DNA from: Camelus dromedarius
Lineage: Eukaryota
Assembly (NCBI RefSeq): GCF_036321535.1
Contig: NC_087436.1
Location: forward strand, 48,920,001-48,984,000
Reading direction: 5' to 3'
DNA: 64,000 bases
Positions within the stretch are counted from its first letter, which is position 1, and the number at the start of each line of letters is the position of its first letter. Made by a program: the position numbers and the translations under genes. Of this stretch, positions 39,413 through 52,480 are shown piece by piece. A model generated the notes under the pieces. The model was not told the DNA's origin, made no database searches, and saw nothing but the letters and a program-made list of their open reading frames with translations.

Positions 39413-39546
39413 CTGTGATTCTCCTCTGGTCAGAATCTTCAGATGGTTTGTCACTCTTTTTGATTTCTTGCTAATTGAATGAATATTTAGTTTTGACAAT
39501 TTATCTTTAAGTGATTCATCCTCATCATTCTTCTTGTATTTTAGAA
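39413..39546 (-). CDS. ARHGEF38: ARHGEF38 exon 7
   Basis: ttccatttcAG acceptor (39547-39548) and CAG|GTAATT donor; 134 bp, phase 1-0. Encodes (V)LKYKKNDEDESLKDKLSKLNIHSISKKSKRVTNHLKILTRGESQ. Confidence 0.95.
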
Positions 39547-40009
39547 CTGAAATGGAAGAATGCAATAACATCTTTGAAGAGGTGCATTGTAGAAAATGTG
39601 TGTTTCATATAAAGTACTCAAGATTCATATTTACATTTGAGTTAAAAATCTGTATTTTTGGCCCTTTGTTGCAGATGCATATGCACCAACCCCATGCAGT
39701 CATGGCTCCAGCCGCCCACCCCTCTGACCTTCAGAAACTCCGCTGTCAAAGGGCATGAGCTCCTCAAAGGCCGAGGTTCATTAACCTCCCACATTAAGGA
39801 AATCCCTGATGTTGGAAAAAAGCCCCTTCTCTCTCTCTCAGATGATACACATGCTATCTGGGGTCCCTAGAATGACACATCGAGACCTAACTCATGAAAA
39901 AACAACTGCATCTGACATAAGGAGACTTCACATCCATCCTACGGTGGTCTTCGCTGGCTGAGAGATTTGGGGTGAGTTCAGTCACCTCTCTGAGCTTTAC
40001 TTTTTTAAC

Positions 40010-41600
40010 TTTAAAAATATTTTCACCTCTCATATAATTCAAAATGTTAAATATTCCTAACATTCGGTTTTGGTAAGAGTGTGGAGGGAGGGACATTCTT
40101 ATACACTGTTAACAAGGATTAAACCAATAGAGTTTTTGTAGGGGACAATTTGGCAGAATCTTATAAAAATGAAAATATTTATAGTCAGTCTATGTCCAGG
40201 TGGTCCATGTGTAGAAATCTGCTTTCCATAATCAAGCATTCAGGGTTTTGTTTGCTGTAACATTTTTTCTAACAGCCAAGTGTTGGAAACAATCTAAAAG
40301 TTTATCCATAGAGGTATAGTGTAATAAATTATGATGCTCATGAATGGAATACTATGGAACCATGAAAAAGAAGGTGATATTAACTTGAAAAATGTTCCTG
40401 ATATACGATTAAATTTTTAAAAAGCCCCAGCAAACTGTAGTACCATCCATGGGGCAGAAGGAAGGGGAGAAGGAAAAGAGAAGAAAGGAAATAGAAAAAG
40501 AGACAGAAATTCCAAAGAAAACTTACTAAAATGTTACCTCTGCAAATTGGAATCATGGGAATAGAAAAATTTTGTTCTTTAAAACTTTGAAATTTAAAGT
40601 TTAAGCAAACAGAAATTTGAAGTTTAAGCAAACAGGAAAGTTAAAATAATATAACAGCTATTATCTATCTCCCAGCTTTGTCAAATCTTATTTTGCCTTG
40701 TTTCTAATCTTTCTGTTTTAAAAAATATCACATAACAGTTGAAGCTTCTCTGATCCCCACCTTTGATCCCTAAAGGGAACTGTGATCCTAAATGATGTGG
40801 TTTATTATTCCTGTATCTATTTTCAGGCCTTTACTCTGTACGTATGTTGTCATACAATACGTGGTATCATTTCAAATGTTTTCAGTCTTTATAAAAATGG
40901 TACCATATTTCATACATTTTCTGCCACTTTCTAATATACTTTTTTAAAAACTCAACATTGTGTTTTTGAGATTTATCCAGTTGATACATGTACTTTCATT
41001 AGTTTTATGTTCATCTGGTTTCATAGTGTATAATATAGTTTATCCGTTATCTGGATCAATATGTCAGTCAGTCTGCATTTTCTTTGTTTGCTTGTTTCTT
41101 TCTCTTTTTTTCCCTTTTTTTCTTTTGCTATTACAAACAATGCTAGTTCCTAGTGTACCTTTCTATGAGCTTATGAGCCAGTTTCCTAAATATCCAGAAA
41201 CTGATTTTCTGTGTCTTATGTGTGTGTATCTTTAATTTTACTAGGTATTGTCACACTGTTCTCCAAAGTGATAATTCAAATTTACATTCTCACCTGCAAA
41301 TTGAGATTCAGCACTTAACATTATCCATTAAAAATCTTACTGCCAATCTGGTAGGTTGGGAACACTATGTCATGATTTAAATTTGCATTTCCCTAATTAT
41401 CAGTGAAGTTTAGCATTTAAAAACTTCTTGGCCTTTCTGTGAATTGCTCATTTTATTATTAACCTTTTTCATATTAGAATGTTTATATTGTTGATTTAAT
41501 ATGAATAATCATATATTCTAGATGATAATCCTTTGTGGGGTACCTTTTCATTTTGTTTATGGTATCTTTTACTCTACAACTTTCACTTTTTGCTCTGTTC
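40010..41600. mobile_element. Degraded old LINE-1 fragments (about 40010-40590 on +, about 40660-41600 on -)
   Basis: Degenerate L1 3' motifs such as TTGGAAACAATCTAAAAG and AATTTGCATTTCCCTAATTATCAGTGAAGTT. Confidence 0.55.
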
Positions 41601-42578
41601 TCTTCTTTATAGTTATAATTTATTAATACAAATACATACTATTTTAAATAAAAATTTAGAAAATTAAAAACAATAAAAATAAATGAAGGAGTTGGACCAA
41701 TTAGCCCCACAGTCCTACCATTGCTTTAATGTTGAACTGAGATTTAACATTAGAAGTACAAAGCCAATTAAGAATGTGCAACAATTGTATTTAATGTTTG
41801 TATTTTTATAAATTTTCTTTTTTGTGATGTAACATTTTAAAATTTCTATATTTGAAATATATTAAATATTTGGTTTCACTAAATTAAAAAAAAAGAATAT
41901 ATGGACACCAATCACACTGAGAGAGGACCCACGATCTATCCCAATTCATTACACCTGGGATGGTAGGAACCATCTCATTCTGCCTCCTGTTTTGAAATCT
42001 ATATTCTACTTTAGAGGTGAATTTTATGTCTTAGCTTACAAATACTTATGAGTAATTTGTTGATTTGAGAAAGAAATATACTTGGTCCCTTCACTGGAGT
42101 AATTATTGCCCCCAAATACCTATTCTTTGTGTTCCAGAACCAAAGGAGCCTGATGTGTTAGCTGGGCCCCTCACCTGGCTCTGCCCTTCTCACCACCGCT
42201 TTTCAGCTCTAGCTTTTCACTGCTCTCAGCTCCCTGGCCAGGCCAGGCCTCCTTCCTACTAGACAAAACACCAGTGACAGGTGCTGTGGGTTTCTTCAGC
42301 CCACAATATGTCACTAAGCACACAGTGGTCACAAGAGGTTGAGCGTAGGGCTGTTTGATAAAAATTGGTCATTTTTTTTTTTTTTTGATGCCTCGTGATC
42401 TTCTCCAGATCCTGGCTGGCAAGGCAAAACCACCCTCTCCTCCCTAGCCTCCAACTCTAGGTATCAAATGCTCATGAGCACGACAACTGCTGTAGCTCCT
42501 GAGACATTCCAGTGCTCAGAAACATAAACAGAATCCTCCAACCATGGAAAACACCCGATTCACCACATCTCGTCTTAC

Positions 42579-42778
42579 CTAGATCTTTCCGTCTTTTAAG
42601 TTCATTAATGTTTACGTTAATGTCTTTCACTGCAGCAAAGGCATCCTCCAGTGCTCTGAAGTCTGGGTGGGAGGGAGGGGTGGAGTTCCGGAGTTCGCAC
42701 AGTAATAGGGGGTACTTCATCACACGCTGAATTGGTTTGATCATTAAAGAGCCCACGTCCAGTAAGTTTGGCTTGCCT
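42579..42778 (-). CDS. ARHGEF38: ARHGEF38 exon 6 (DH domain conserved region 3)
   Basis: ctctatcgcAG acceptor (42779-42780) and CTAG|GTAAGA donor; 200 bp, phase 2-1. Encodes GKPNLLDVGSLMIKPIQRVMKYPLLLCEL...NINELKRRKDL, the classic DH motif. Confidence 0.97.
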
Positions 42779-45700
42779 CTGCGATAGAGAGATATGATAT
42801 CAGTTGTACACACATTTGTCTTATTAACTCCTTTTTATTTTTGTGGTTATTTTTATGATTGATTAATCCTAAAACTGTTTTTCACCTCTACCCCCTTCCA
42901 TTTGGCTATGTTCAATTTCTAAACGAAAAGTGAGAGCAATGGATGACAGAAAGAAGCAAGGCTGAAAGGTCCTACTACTGAAGGAAATTTAAAAGAACAC
43001 AAAGTGTATTTCTCCACCTGAAAGGGTGAAGATTTCCATCCATGTTCCACTTAGATTTTTAAAAATAGCAGCCTTTATAATAAGAGTGAGAAATAATTTC
43101 AGACTGCCAACCAAGAAAAATACATTTTCTTGATGGCATTTTTGTGACTATTAAGTGAGGAAAATAAAGTCATTATTTAAAAATATAAACAGATGATTTG
43201 TCCTCTTTCTTCTACCAAATTGAAAATTTGAATTTATAATGCTTCAGAGGTTCTACCATGGTTTCCAAAAGAGGTTTATAATACACGCAATAGTTCTCTA
43301 AATATTATTAATACCATCACTATCACTAATCATTGCTATCACACGATGACTTTCTGTGACTTTCCATGTGGAATAATTCTCAGCCAACAGATCTTCAAAA
43401 GTGAACGCTCACTCCTGATTCTTCTTTTAGGAGATTCTGAGATGGCACTAGATCCATTGCAACTGGCCAAGCAGCTCACAGTAAATGAAAAAGCTAAAAG
43501 CTTAGTCATGCCATTGTCCAAACCACTGTACTCATTTTTTTTTTTTTTTTTTTAGCCAGAAAACAGTGGTTTCTAAAAGCCTCTTTATGCAAAGAGGCAA
43601 ATAAAGAGATACGGTACATGGAACATGGATGAAAATTGCGCTTTGAGTCCCTTCGAGTGGACAGATACACTCATGTGTTTTCCTTTAGGTTTTTATTTAG
43701 AAGATAGAAAATACAGACACTTTTCAAATCCCAATAGGTGGATTTTTCATTCTTCAATTATTATTTTGTAAGTACTAATATGGGTAGAAAACAGATCACA
43801 TAATTGTAATAGTGAAATGGATCTAAAACCGTTGAACAAAATTAGAGAAGTTGCTTTCTTGGAAAAGATCTGAAGGCATTCTAGAGACCATCTATTTGAA
43901 CTCTTCATTTGATAACTGAGAAACTAAGGAACTGTGACTATCACGTGTAAGCACACATGTGCAAACACACACACACACACCACTCTGTCACATGTGCCCA
44001 TTTAATTTTCATTATAGCACATATCACTATCTGAAATCATCTTGTATCTCTGTTTACCAGTTTATGTTCAATTTCTCTGTCACCAGTATATCTCTGGCAT
44101 GACACATATTCTCTCAATGAATACTTGCAGATTGAAGTGATAGTCTTCTCAGATTTTCTGTAATGTGCTGTTATTTTACATTGAATTTTTTTTCAACAAA
44201 AAATGTACAATGGTCCTGAATAAATGAGGAATTTTATTTACATGCTGAGAAAATGATAATACCATAATAGTATAGACAAAGACTGAAGCAAACCAAAAGG
44301 CAACATTTTTAAATGGAAAGCCAAAATAAATATTAAAGGTTTACAAGGGAGTAAAGAGTTGCTTTAATACGATTTATCTTGTATTTCCTACCCATCTGCA
44401 CCAAATCTGCTAAGGAGAGGAGGAAGGGAGGTAAGGAGACAGGGTGACAAGGAAGAAACGAGGGAGAGAGGGAGAGAGAGATGTCACTGGTTTCCGAGAG
44501 ACTGGGTCAAGTGGATGGGGAAAAAATGTAAATCTATTATGAATACTAAAAAATAATGACTAAAACCATGTTTTCTAACTGATGGTGTATCAATAGCAGA
44601 ACCTTTGAATATGAAGGACCACATCCTTATATATCTTAAACAGAAATTCTTCAACAATACAACAGTTTAGACATTTAAGTAGAAAAAATTCCCTTAAAAA
44701 AACAAGTTAGGAATATGAAAAGTATTAACTTGACTAGAAGAAATCATATTACTCATATGAATATGATCAGAATTTCTTCTGAATTTTCTTTTGACTATCA
44801 CCAAATATTAGTTTTTTTAATCGTCTAAGAATCACTGAAAAATATTATCAAAATGTTAATATAATCAAACAATTCAATTAAACAAAATTCAGTTTTAATG
44901 AGATATTTTATCAGTGTGGCCTATTATTATATACATATTTTTTATTTTTTATTACAAAAAAATAAACCCTCAGATTAAAGAATATACTTGTATCTTTGAG
45001 ATGCTCTCCTTTCTTGCTTATCAAGATTTGTCAAAAAACCACCCTAGGCCCTTGAGTTGTGTCCAAATACTATCATTACTTCTTTTTGTATCACTGTTTG
45101 GCATCAAAGTTCTGTTCTCTCCCTTTTAGATTTTAAATGATAATAATAACAATTATAAATGATGACTGTTTCTCTTAAAGGCATCACAAATGCAAATATT
45201 AAAAAAGCTTTCTCAAAAATGAGAAATCTCCCAGACACCTTTGTCTTCATCTGGACTTTGGACAGTTGCCCAAGTCATGAACAACGATGTTCTGGCATCT
45301 GCATCACAAAGACAAACAATATAGTAGGAAAGATAGAGGCTGTGTTACCAGATAAGGCCACTCCAGGCATTCAGTGCCACAAAGCTCCCCTCATCTGATC
45401 TCTCCCAGTAAAACTGAGTTCTGACGATTGTGCAAGGCAGAGGAGCCTTCTGTGGGATATAACCCTGCTCAGCCAAGCAGCCAGTTATCACATGCCTCCC
45501 CCACAGAAAGTAACCAATATGTTATGCTGAACACTAAGGTAGTTATTAATTTGCAATTTTGTTTCCTCTGTCTTATCATGAATACTTTGGGAAGTATTTA
45601 GTACCAAAAGTAGTTACACTAATCTCATCACAAATTATTACTGGGATTTTACAAATTCAAGTAAACACAGCTGGCTTTGTTTTAGCAGCATCCAGTTTTG

Positions 45701-47370
45701 CTACAGAGTTTTACATCAAATACAAGGAAACAATTGCACAATGAAAATTAAAAAATGATATTGAAACAATACAAAAACTATGATGAAAACAGGAAAAGAA
45801 ACAGATATTTAAGGCTGAGGTACATCTATGTTTCTTAAGTAGAGGGAGAAAATGAGAGAAAGAAAAACTAATGAAACTACTGATCATATTACTTTGAATT
45901 TCCTCTATTTTATGGACACAAGTATCCTAAATTCAATATATATATATTTTTTTGAGAAGCTACAAACTATCTATACTAATATACTAATTGAAATTTTTTC
46001 AATTTATTCTCCTTTTGAAACACCTGAAGTCAATTTCAGAGAAAACTGTATATTGCTACATAAATAATAAATAAAATTTGTCACAATTTAAAAATAGCTT
46101 TGAAAATAAATACAGAACTACCAACAAATTTTAAATGATTTAGAGGGGATGAATGAATGGTAATTTATATAGCACACCAGAAAGAGCCAGTAATATGGAG
46201 AAGCAATAATTTAATCACTCCTAGAAAGGTTCATTAACTAGAGTTCTTAAGAACTTATGGAAGTGAAGAGAGAGGAATATGGGGATTAGAATAAGGACGA
46301 GTTGAAAACCTGTTTAGGAAACAGCATAATTTTTAGGGATACAAATAAGGGAGATAATTTAATGGACTAAGAAAGAGCTCTTGGAAATTAAAATAGAAAT
46401 AAAAACTCACAAGTGATGGAGAAAATGCTTAGGAATTTCCAGAGAGAAGAGCAAAACAAAGGGATTTTTTAAAAAGGAAGAAAAGTATGAGAAAATTAGA
46501 GGACTGGTGTAGGAAGTTCAATATCAAAGTAAGAGTCCCAGAGAGAACAGAGTACATACAGGGAGGAAATGTTCAATGACATAATTCAAGAAAAGAAGAT
46601 GAGTTAGCAGGTTGAAACAACTCTCTCAGTACACAGCACAATGGATGAAATAAACTCACACCTTGGAATTCATGAAATTTCAGGTTACTGGGGACAAAGA
46701 GAAAAGCCTACAGTTCTTTAGAGAAACATATAAACTAAACAGGAACAAATAAATGATTAGGAATCAGAAAAACCTTTCAATTTCTTGTAGCAAAACTGAA
46801 AGCTAGAAATGACAAGGAATTATCTTTATATTCTGAAGATGAATGATTTTCAATTTACAATTCTATACCAAATCAAACAGTATATAAATCAAGTGTGAGG
46901 GTAAAATATATTTTGGATATAAAAGTTCTTAAAATTTTACTTTCCATGCATTCTTTGCTAAATAGAGGAAATTACTGAAGGATGCTCTCTACTAAAAATA
47001 GGAAAGACATAAAGAGAAACTTCAGATGATGGGAGGGGAGTTCCTAAAAGACAGTTATGCCCACTGTCACCAGTCCAAACACAACTGATCAGAAGGCTCT
47101 GGGAGAGGCTTTTTTGGGGGAGATGAAATTGATAGCATACAAAATTCATCTGGTTGTCTTGAAGATGACTGTGAGTTCAGCATTAATGCTTAGCACAAAG
47201 AAAACTAAGAGGAAAAAAAAGACAATAGTTAACTCCCAGAAAAACAAGTAATCAGTTTATTCCAAGGTTTAGCTCTGAAAAGAAATTTACTCGGGTATAA
47301 TCATTCAAATACTGATTATTGCTCTAGTCTAAATTACAGTGTAACTACATGGGGAGAATGGAGAGGAGGG

Positions 47371-47375
<5 letters not shown>

Positions 47376-47421
<46 letters not shown>
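47376..47421. repeat. (TG)n microsatellite, about 23 units
   Basis: Read directly from the sequence. Confidence 0.95.
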
Positions 47422-47422
<1 letters not shown>

Positions 47423-47866
47423 TGGAGATCGGGTAGGGAAGAGAGATAAATTATTGTCTTCCATAGAGGAAAGTCAGTACATAATATCTAAAAAGGGAAA
47501 ACCAAACATGTTTTTAGAGTCATGAAGATAAATGCCAAAATAGTCAACTAAAAGTTGTGAAAATGCTTGTGTTCTGGTGAGGACCATTGAGGGACAGGTA
47601 GAAGAGGGGACCACTATCTTAAATCCTGTAGAACTGTTTAGCTTTTTAAACCATGGGTAGATTTAATTTTAACAAAAGAGAAAGTTTTTAAAGAAGGGAA
47701 CATGCAAGAATATTCAAGAAAATCCTGAAAGGGAAGAGTACTGGGCTGAGATTAGTTATACTTGATATTAAAATATAAAGCTAATGAAATGAAAGCAGTT
47801 TGGTATGGGTCCCTACATATAGGGACAAATGAGAAAACAAAATAGAAAATCAGGAAATAAACACAA

Positions 47867-48025
47867 GGGCAGGTATAGCTCAGTGGTAGAGTGCCTGCTT
47901 AGCATGCACAAAGTCCTGGGTTCAATCCCCAGTACCTCCATTAAAAATAAATAATGAATAAATAAATAATAAACCTAATCACCTCCCCCCCAAAAGAAAA
48001 AAATTAAAAAAAAATAAATAAAAAT
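47867..48025 (+). mobile_element. tRNA-derived SINE
   Basis: GGGCAGGTATAGCTCAGTGGTAGAGTGCCTGCTTAGCATGCACAAAGTCCTGGGTTCAATCCCCAGTACCTCC followed by an A-rich tail containing AAACCTAATCACCTCCCC. Confidence 0.9.
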
Positions 48026-49461
48026 ATGTGTGCAAATTAAGTACATGGTTAATATGACATTCAGACACAATGGGAAAAAATGAACTATTTAGTGTCAGTT
48101 AAAAAAAAAAAAACTTGGAGTTTCTAAGTGAGACACAAAATCCAAACGGTACAGGAGAAAAAAAGTGATTACTCTATTTTAAAATTTAGCTCTGTAAAAC
48201 TGTACAGGTAAAAACAAAAACAGAAGCCACTGTATACTATGTTAAAAGTCAAAAGATAAGCTGGAAAGATTATTTACAGCACATAAGACAGAAAAAAAGG
48301 ATAATACACTTGCTAATTCAAGAGTCCTTATCAATCTATTAGAAAAAAATAAACACCTCAATAAAAGTGAACAACCAATAAAAAAGATAAATCATTAGAG
48401 GTGAAATACTAATGATTGAACATACATGAAAATGCTCAAGATCATTTTTAATAAAAATTAAAACAGTATAATTCTATTTTTGGCCTATTACATTACCACA
48501 AATATTAATTTTATCTAGTGCTGGCAAGTAATAGATAAATGGACAACTCATATATGGTAGTGGGACTCTAAATTAGTTCAAATTTTTGGCAAAATCCCTC
48601 TGATCTAGCAATCCCACTTTTTAGAAATTCATTCTAAGAAAATGATCAAACTATACAAAGATTATGCATAAGGATGAACACATAAGTCAACTTTTGCAAG
48701 ACAGACACAATTCAAGTCTCTGTAAGGGTTTGGTAAACTAAACTATGGTATACACATCAGGTAGAATATTATGCAGTCATAAAGCAATGTAGATTTATAT
48801 TTACTGACATAGAAAGATGTCCATGATGCATTGATGAATGAGGTAGCAAGTTGACATACAGGAAATATATAGCAGTGTTATTTTAGTCAGTGTGTCTGTG
48901 TAGAGGAAAAATTGCAGGGAAGTGCGGGACTCATGCAACGTTAAAACAGTTCAGTCTGGAATGTGGCTACCAATTGTCTTTTCTGTCCTCATTTTGATTT
49001 TCTGTGTTTTGCAGTATTTCTTCAATAATTTAAAAAATACGTGACTTAAGAGAAGAGAAAATAACTTACAATGTTTTGAAATTGATTGAAACCCTGAGAT
49101 CTGCAGGTAAGAACAGCTAATCAGACAGAAAGCACATATAGAAAAGTATTTTAAAAAAGAAGATAAAACAGTGCATTTCTGGACATAGTTAAATTAGAAT
49201 AGGTATATTTTTCTTGCTTTAGAAAATGGAACTCGTATCAGATGCTTTTGGTGGGAACTCTATGGTGGGAGATTCAATTATTCTTGTCACTTTAATACTG
49301 TCTTTAAATGCATAAGATTATAATTCAAAGTACAAATTTTAAGAAGTTAGAAATATCTTTGTCTCTGTATTTTTTCAAATGTAGATTATAAAAAACAAAG
49401 ACAACTTTCAGCTTCCATGTGCAAGAGATTTTTTTCGAAGCCATTTTAAAACCCACATCTC

Positions 49462-49668
49462 TTGCAAATACTACTATATATAAAATAGATAAACTAGTTT
49501 CTACTGTAGGGCACAGGGAACTATATTCAATATATTGTAATAACCTATAATAAAAAAGAATATGAAAAGGAATGTATGTATGTATATGTATACTGAAACA
49601 TTATGCTGCACATCAGAAATGGACCCAGCATTGTAAAACAACTATACTTCAATAAAAATAAAATAAAA
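49462..49668 (+). mobile_element. 5'-truncated LINE-1 3' end with perfect 15-bp TSD
   Basis: GCACAGGGAACTATATTCAATAT...ACTATACTTCAATAAAAATAAAATAAAA; TAAAACCCACATCTC at both 49447-49461 and 49669-49683. Confidence 0.9.
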
Positions 49669-50643
49669 TAAAACCCACATCTCATAAGTGCACTGCTCTT
49701 GGCTGCAACATTCTTGGTCGTAGCTACAAAGGAGTCCAGCAGTCACAGAGCACTTGACATAGCCCTTTAGCCTTTCATGTAGCAGCATGTGTGCCTCCTG
49801 ACCCGAATGAGAGAAACGGGAAAGGAAATAACTCATGGCAAACGCGGCTTTGATGTTCCTCCAAGCACACACTGTGATTGCTTTTCCTCCTTTGGAGTCT
49901 TGATGTATAGAATGGGCTGGAGGGGGCGCACACGCCTGCTAACTCCCACACAGCAGGCCTGCCGCCAATGCTAGTGCAATTTTAGCAGGTACTTCAATTA
50001 CTGTTTAAGTGTTCTGTGTGTAGGAGCCTGTGCATGCTAACATATTAGACGAATCGTTCACTTGTCTCTCTCTCTCGGTCTTTGGTGACAAAAACCTAAG
50101 CTCTAGGAAAAGAAATCTAAACAGAACTTGTAGCATATGAAGTTTCTCTCCTATCACCCAGCCATGTGAATCTCTAGCCCCAGGTATAGGCCAGGGGCTC
50201 AGGCTTTACAGTGAGACCGCAACCCCCAGCTCTCCAAGCTCACCCACCGTCATGGAAGCCAGGAAGGCGCCGGTGTGTGAAAGGACCACTAGGCCCCCTC
50301 TGTCAGGCACCTCTTCAAATTCAAATGATCTTGAACAAACCTACTCACATCTGTTTATCCCACAGATATTTTTTTCCTTTTGGAAGGAAAGGCTTATAAA
50401 GTGAGACAACTGAGTGCTTGTTTGGTATGTCAGAAACTAACTTCTCAGCTTGGCTGAGGTGTTATACAGCCTTCGTCTGTAGGTCTTCTGTGTGATGCCT
50501 CATTCTTCCACCTCACTTCTGGAATTCTGTCTCTCCTCATGCTCTACACTGAAGCATGAATGACAGATATTTATAGCTTAAATTAATACAATTTTTGTTT
50601 TGTAAATTTTGTTTCTTGATGTAATGTTTCAGGAGTTTAGAAT

Positions 50644-50670
50644 ACACACACACACACACACACACACACA
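50644..50670. repeat. (AC)n microsatellite
   Basis: Read directly from the sequence. Confidence 0.9.
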
Positions 50671-51426
50671 GACTAGGGACTCAGGACCTTGGATAGTTGC
50701 TGACCATGCTAAGGCAAATATGTGCTTTTTAAAGTCCTAGTAAATTTGACTTCCTGTTTAAGTCAGTATCATCCTTTCAGTGTTAGTCAAGCTTTTCTTC
50801 TATAAAAATGGACATATTCCAAAGTGTATGAATGTGTCTAGCCTTTATAAAATAATTTCTATATTGTCCTAGTGGCCAATTATTTCATCTTAATATTTCA
50901 TTTGCATGCTATATATGTGGGTTTTTTTCTTCGTAAATCATACAGGAGTCCAAATTTGAAGTAACCCAATATTTTACTCTAATGCATAGGAAATCTTTTC
51001 TTTTGTACATTAATCTGTGTAACCTTCAAAAACATTATGGTATTAATCTGAGACTTTTTAGACTAATGTTGTCCGTAGGAAGAAGTGTTTTTGGACACAT
51101 TCAGATTCCTAAATATATGTGTGATGAGCAGTTCCCAAAGAGTTCCTGGCACCAGCAAACCTGTGATTTAAGTAAATTATACCCCAAGATTCTTCTAACA
51201 AGCTTAATAAGGTGCATGTAGTAATAATTTAATGTGTAAAATCATCTCAGACAAATTGGAAATAAATGCACCAATAATGTCTAGGGTAAATGTCTTTGAA
51301 ACCTTATTTATTAAAAGGAATAAACATAAATGTAAAAACTAACATTCTAATTTGCACAGAAATATTCAACAGCTTTTCCTCATGATTTTTACATTTGATA
51401 TTTATCATTAAAACAAAAATACTTAC

Positions 51427-51444
51427 TCTTGCATGTATATTTTC
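51427..51444 (-). CDS. ARHGEF38: ARHGEF38 exon 5, 18-nt microexon
   Basis: Minus strand reads ttttctcttctcttacAG|GAAAATATACATGCAAGA|GTAAGT; phase 2-2. Joins exons 4 and 6 as ...SLK-KIYMQE-GKPN... Confidence 0.9.
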
Positions 51445-51944
51445 CTGTAAGAGAAGAGAAAAATAAATAAATTCATGTAAATCCAGATATTTAAGGTAAT
51501 AAATATACAAGCATGATGAAAGTTTTAAAATTTGATTGTGTAAAATAATGTAATAAGTCATTTCATGAATGTTTTATAGAATTGGTCTCATTCTTTTATA
51601 ATTATGCCCCTAAAATTTTATTTTAGTATGTATCCACTGTATTTGTTTCACACTTTATATAAGATTAAAACCTATTGATTTGGTCATAATTTGTAAATTT
51701 TTATCATTTGAAAATGGATTTCAGTGTCAACTTTTGTTTACATTATAAGAAAGAATCTATTAAACATAGTGATCGGAGAAACTGAGATTACAAAATTACA
51801 AAGGAAAATGCAATTGACTTGCAGAAAACTATTATCAAGTGTTCTATAAGATCTCTGTATACAGTATTATGTAGATTATAAACAATTCACATCTTCAATG
51901 AGATAATTCCCACAAAAACTTCGGCTGGGCACTGCTAGCTTTTG

Positions 51945-52480
51945 TGGCTTCCATTCTGTTCAAGCAAAACTAAAGTCCTTCCAAGGCAATGTGACCTGTG
52001 TCTCCTCCCACCTCCTCTCCACCACGTTTCCCAGGGGGTTCCCCTACCCCGCAACCCCCGCCCCATCTGTGGCCACCACAGGGCCGGCCTCCTTCCTTTC
52101 TTCAAAGCCAGCAGGCAGGCTCCCCACTTGAGGATTTTGCACTTGCATGACTGCTCTTTCTCCAGAGATCTATGTAGCTTGCTCCTTATCTCTTTCAAGT
52201 CTTTGCTCAAATGCACCTTCCCAGTGAAACCTATCCTGTCCAACCTTTTAAACATCATACCCTGTCTCCCACTGTACTCTATCCTCATTCCCTGTGTATT
52301 TCTCTTTGTCCCTTTCTAATATACTATACATTTATTTGGTTTATTGTCTATCTGTCTGCTCCCCCCATTCCAACAAGGGCAAGGATTTATGTTTGCTTTG
52401 TTTTCTGCTGTAGCCCCAGCACCTGAAAAACTGCCCGGCACCTGGTAAGAGCACAAAACGTATTTGTCAAGTTAATTCAT
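51945..52480 (-). mobile_element. LINE-2 3' fragment
   Basis: CTTTCAAGTCTTTGCTCAAATGCACCTTCCCAGTGAAACCT...GGGCAAGGATTTATG...GTAGCCCCAGCACCTGAAAAACTGCCCGGCACCTGGTAAG. Confidence 0.75.

Larger units (their letters stand above)
45990..49040 (+). mobile_element. Degraded old LINE-1-like region (ORF1-like and 3' remnants) interrupted by a SINE and (TG)n
   Basis: Strongly A-rich + strand; ORF1-like remnant at about 46370-47000; GATCTAGCAATCCCACTT and GAATATTATGCAGTCATAAA 3' motifs. Confidence 0.55.

Noticed and set aside
47867..47940. tRNA-like sequences (also near 5035-5108, 8830-8903, 29400-29472 and 61325-61630)
   Set aside because: A and B boxes are present, but A-rich tails, TSDs and mutual divergence identify them as SINEs rather than tRNA genes.
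51935..52426. Overlapping ORFs of 117, 125 and 71 aa
   Set aside because: They fall inside a decayed LINE-2 fragment and show no coding signature.
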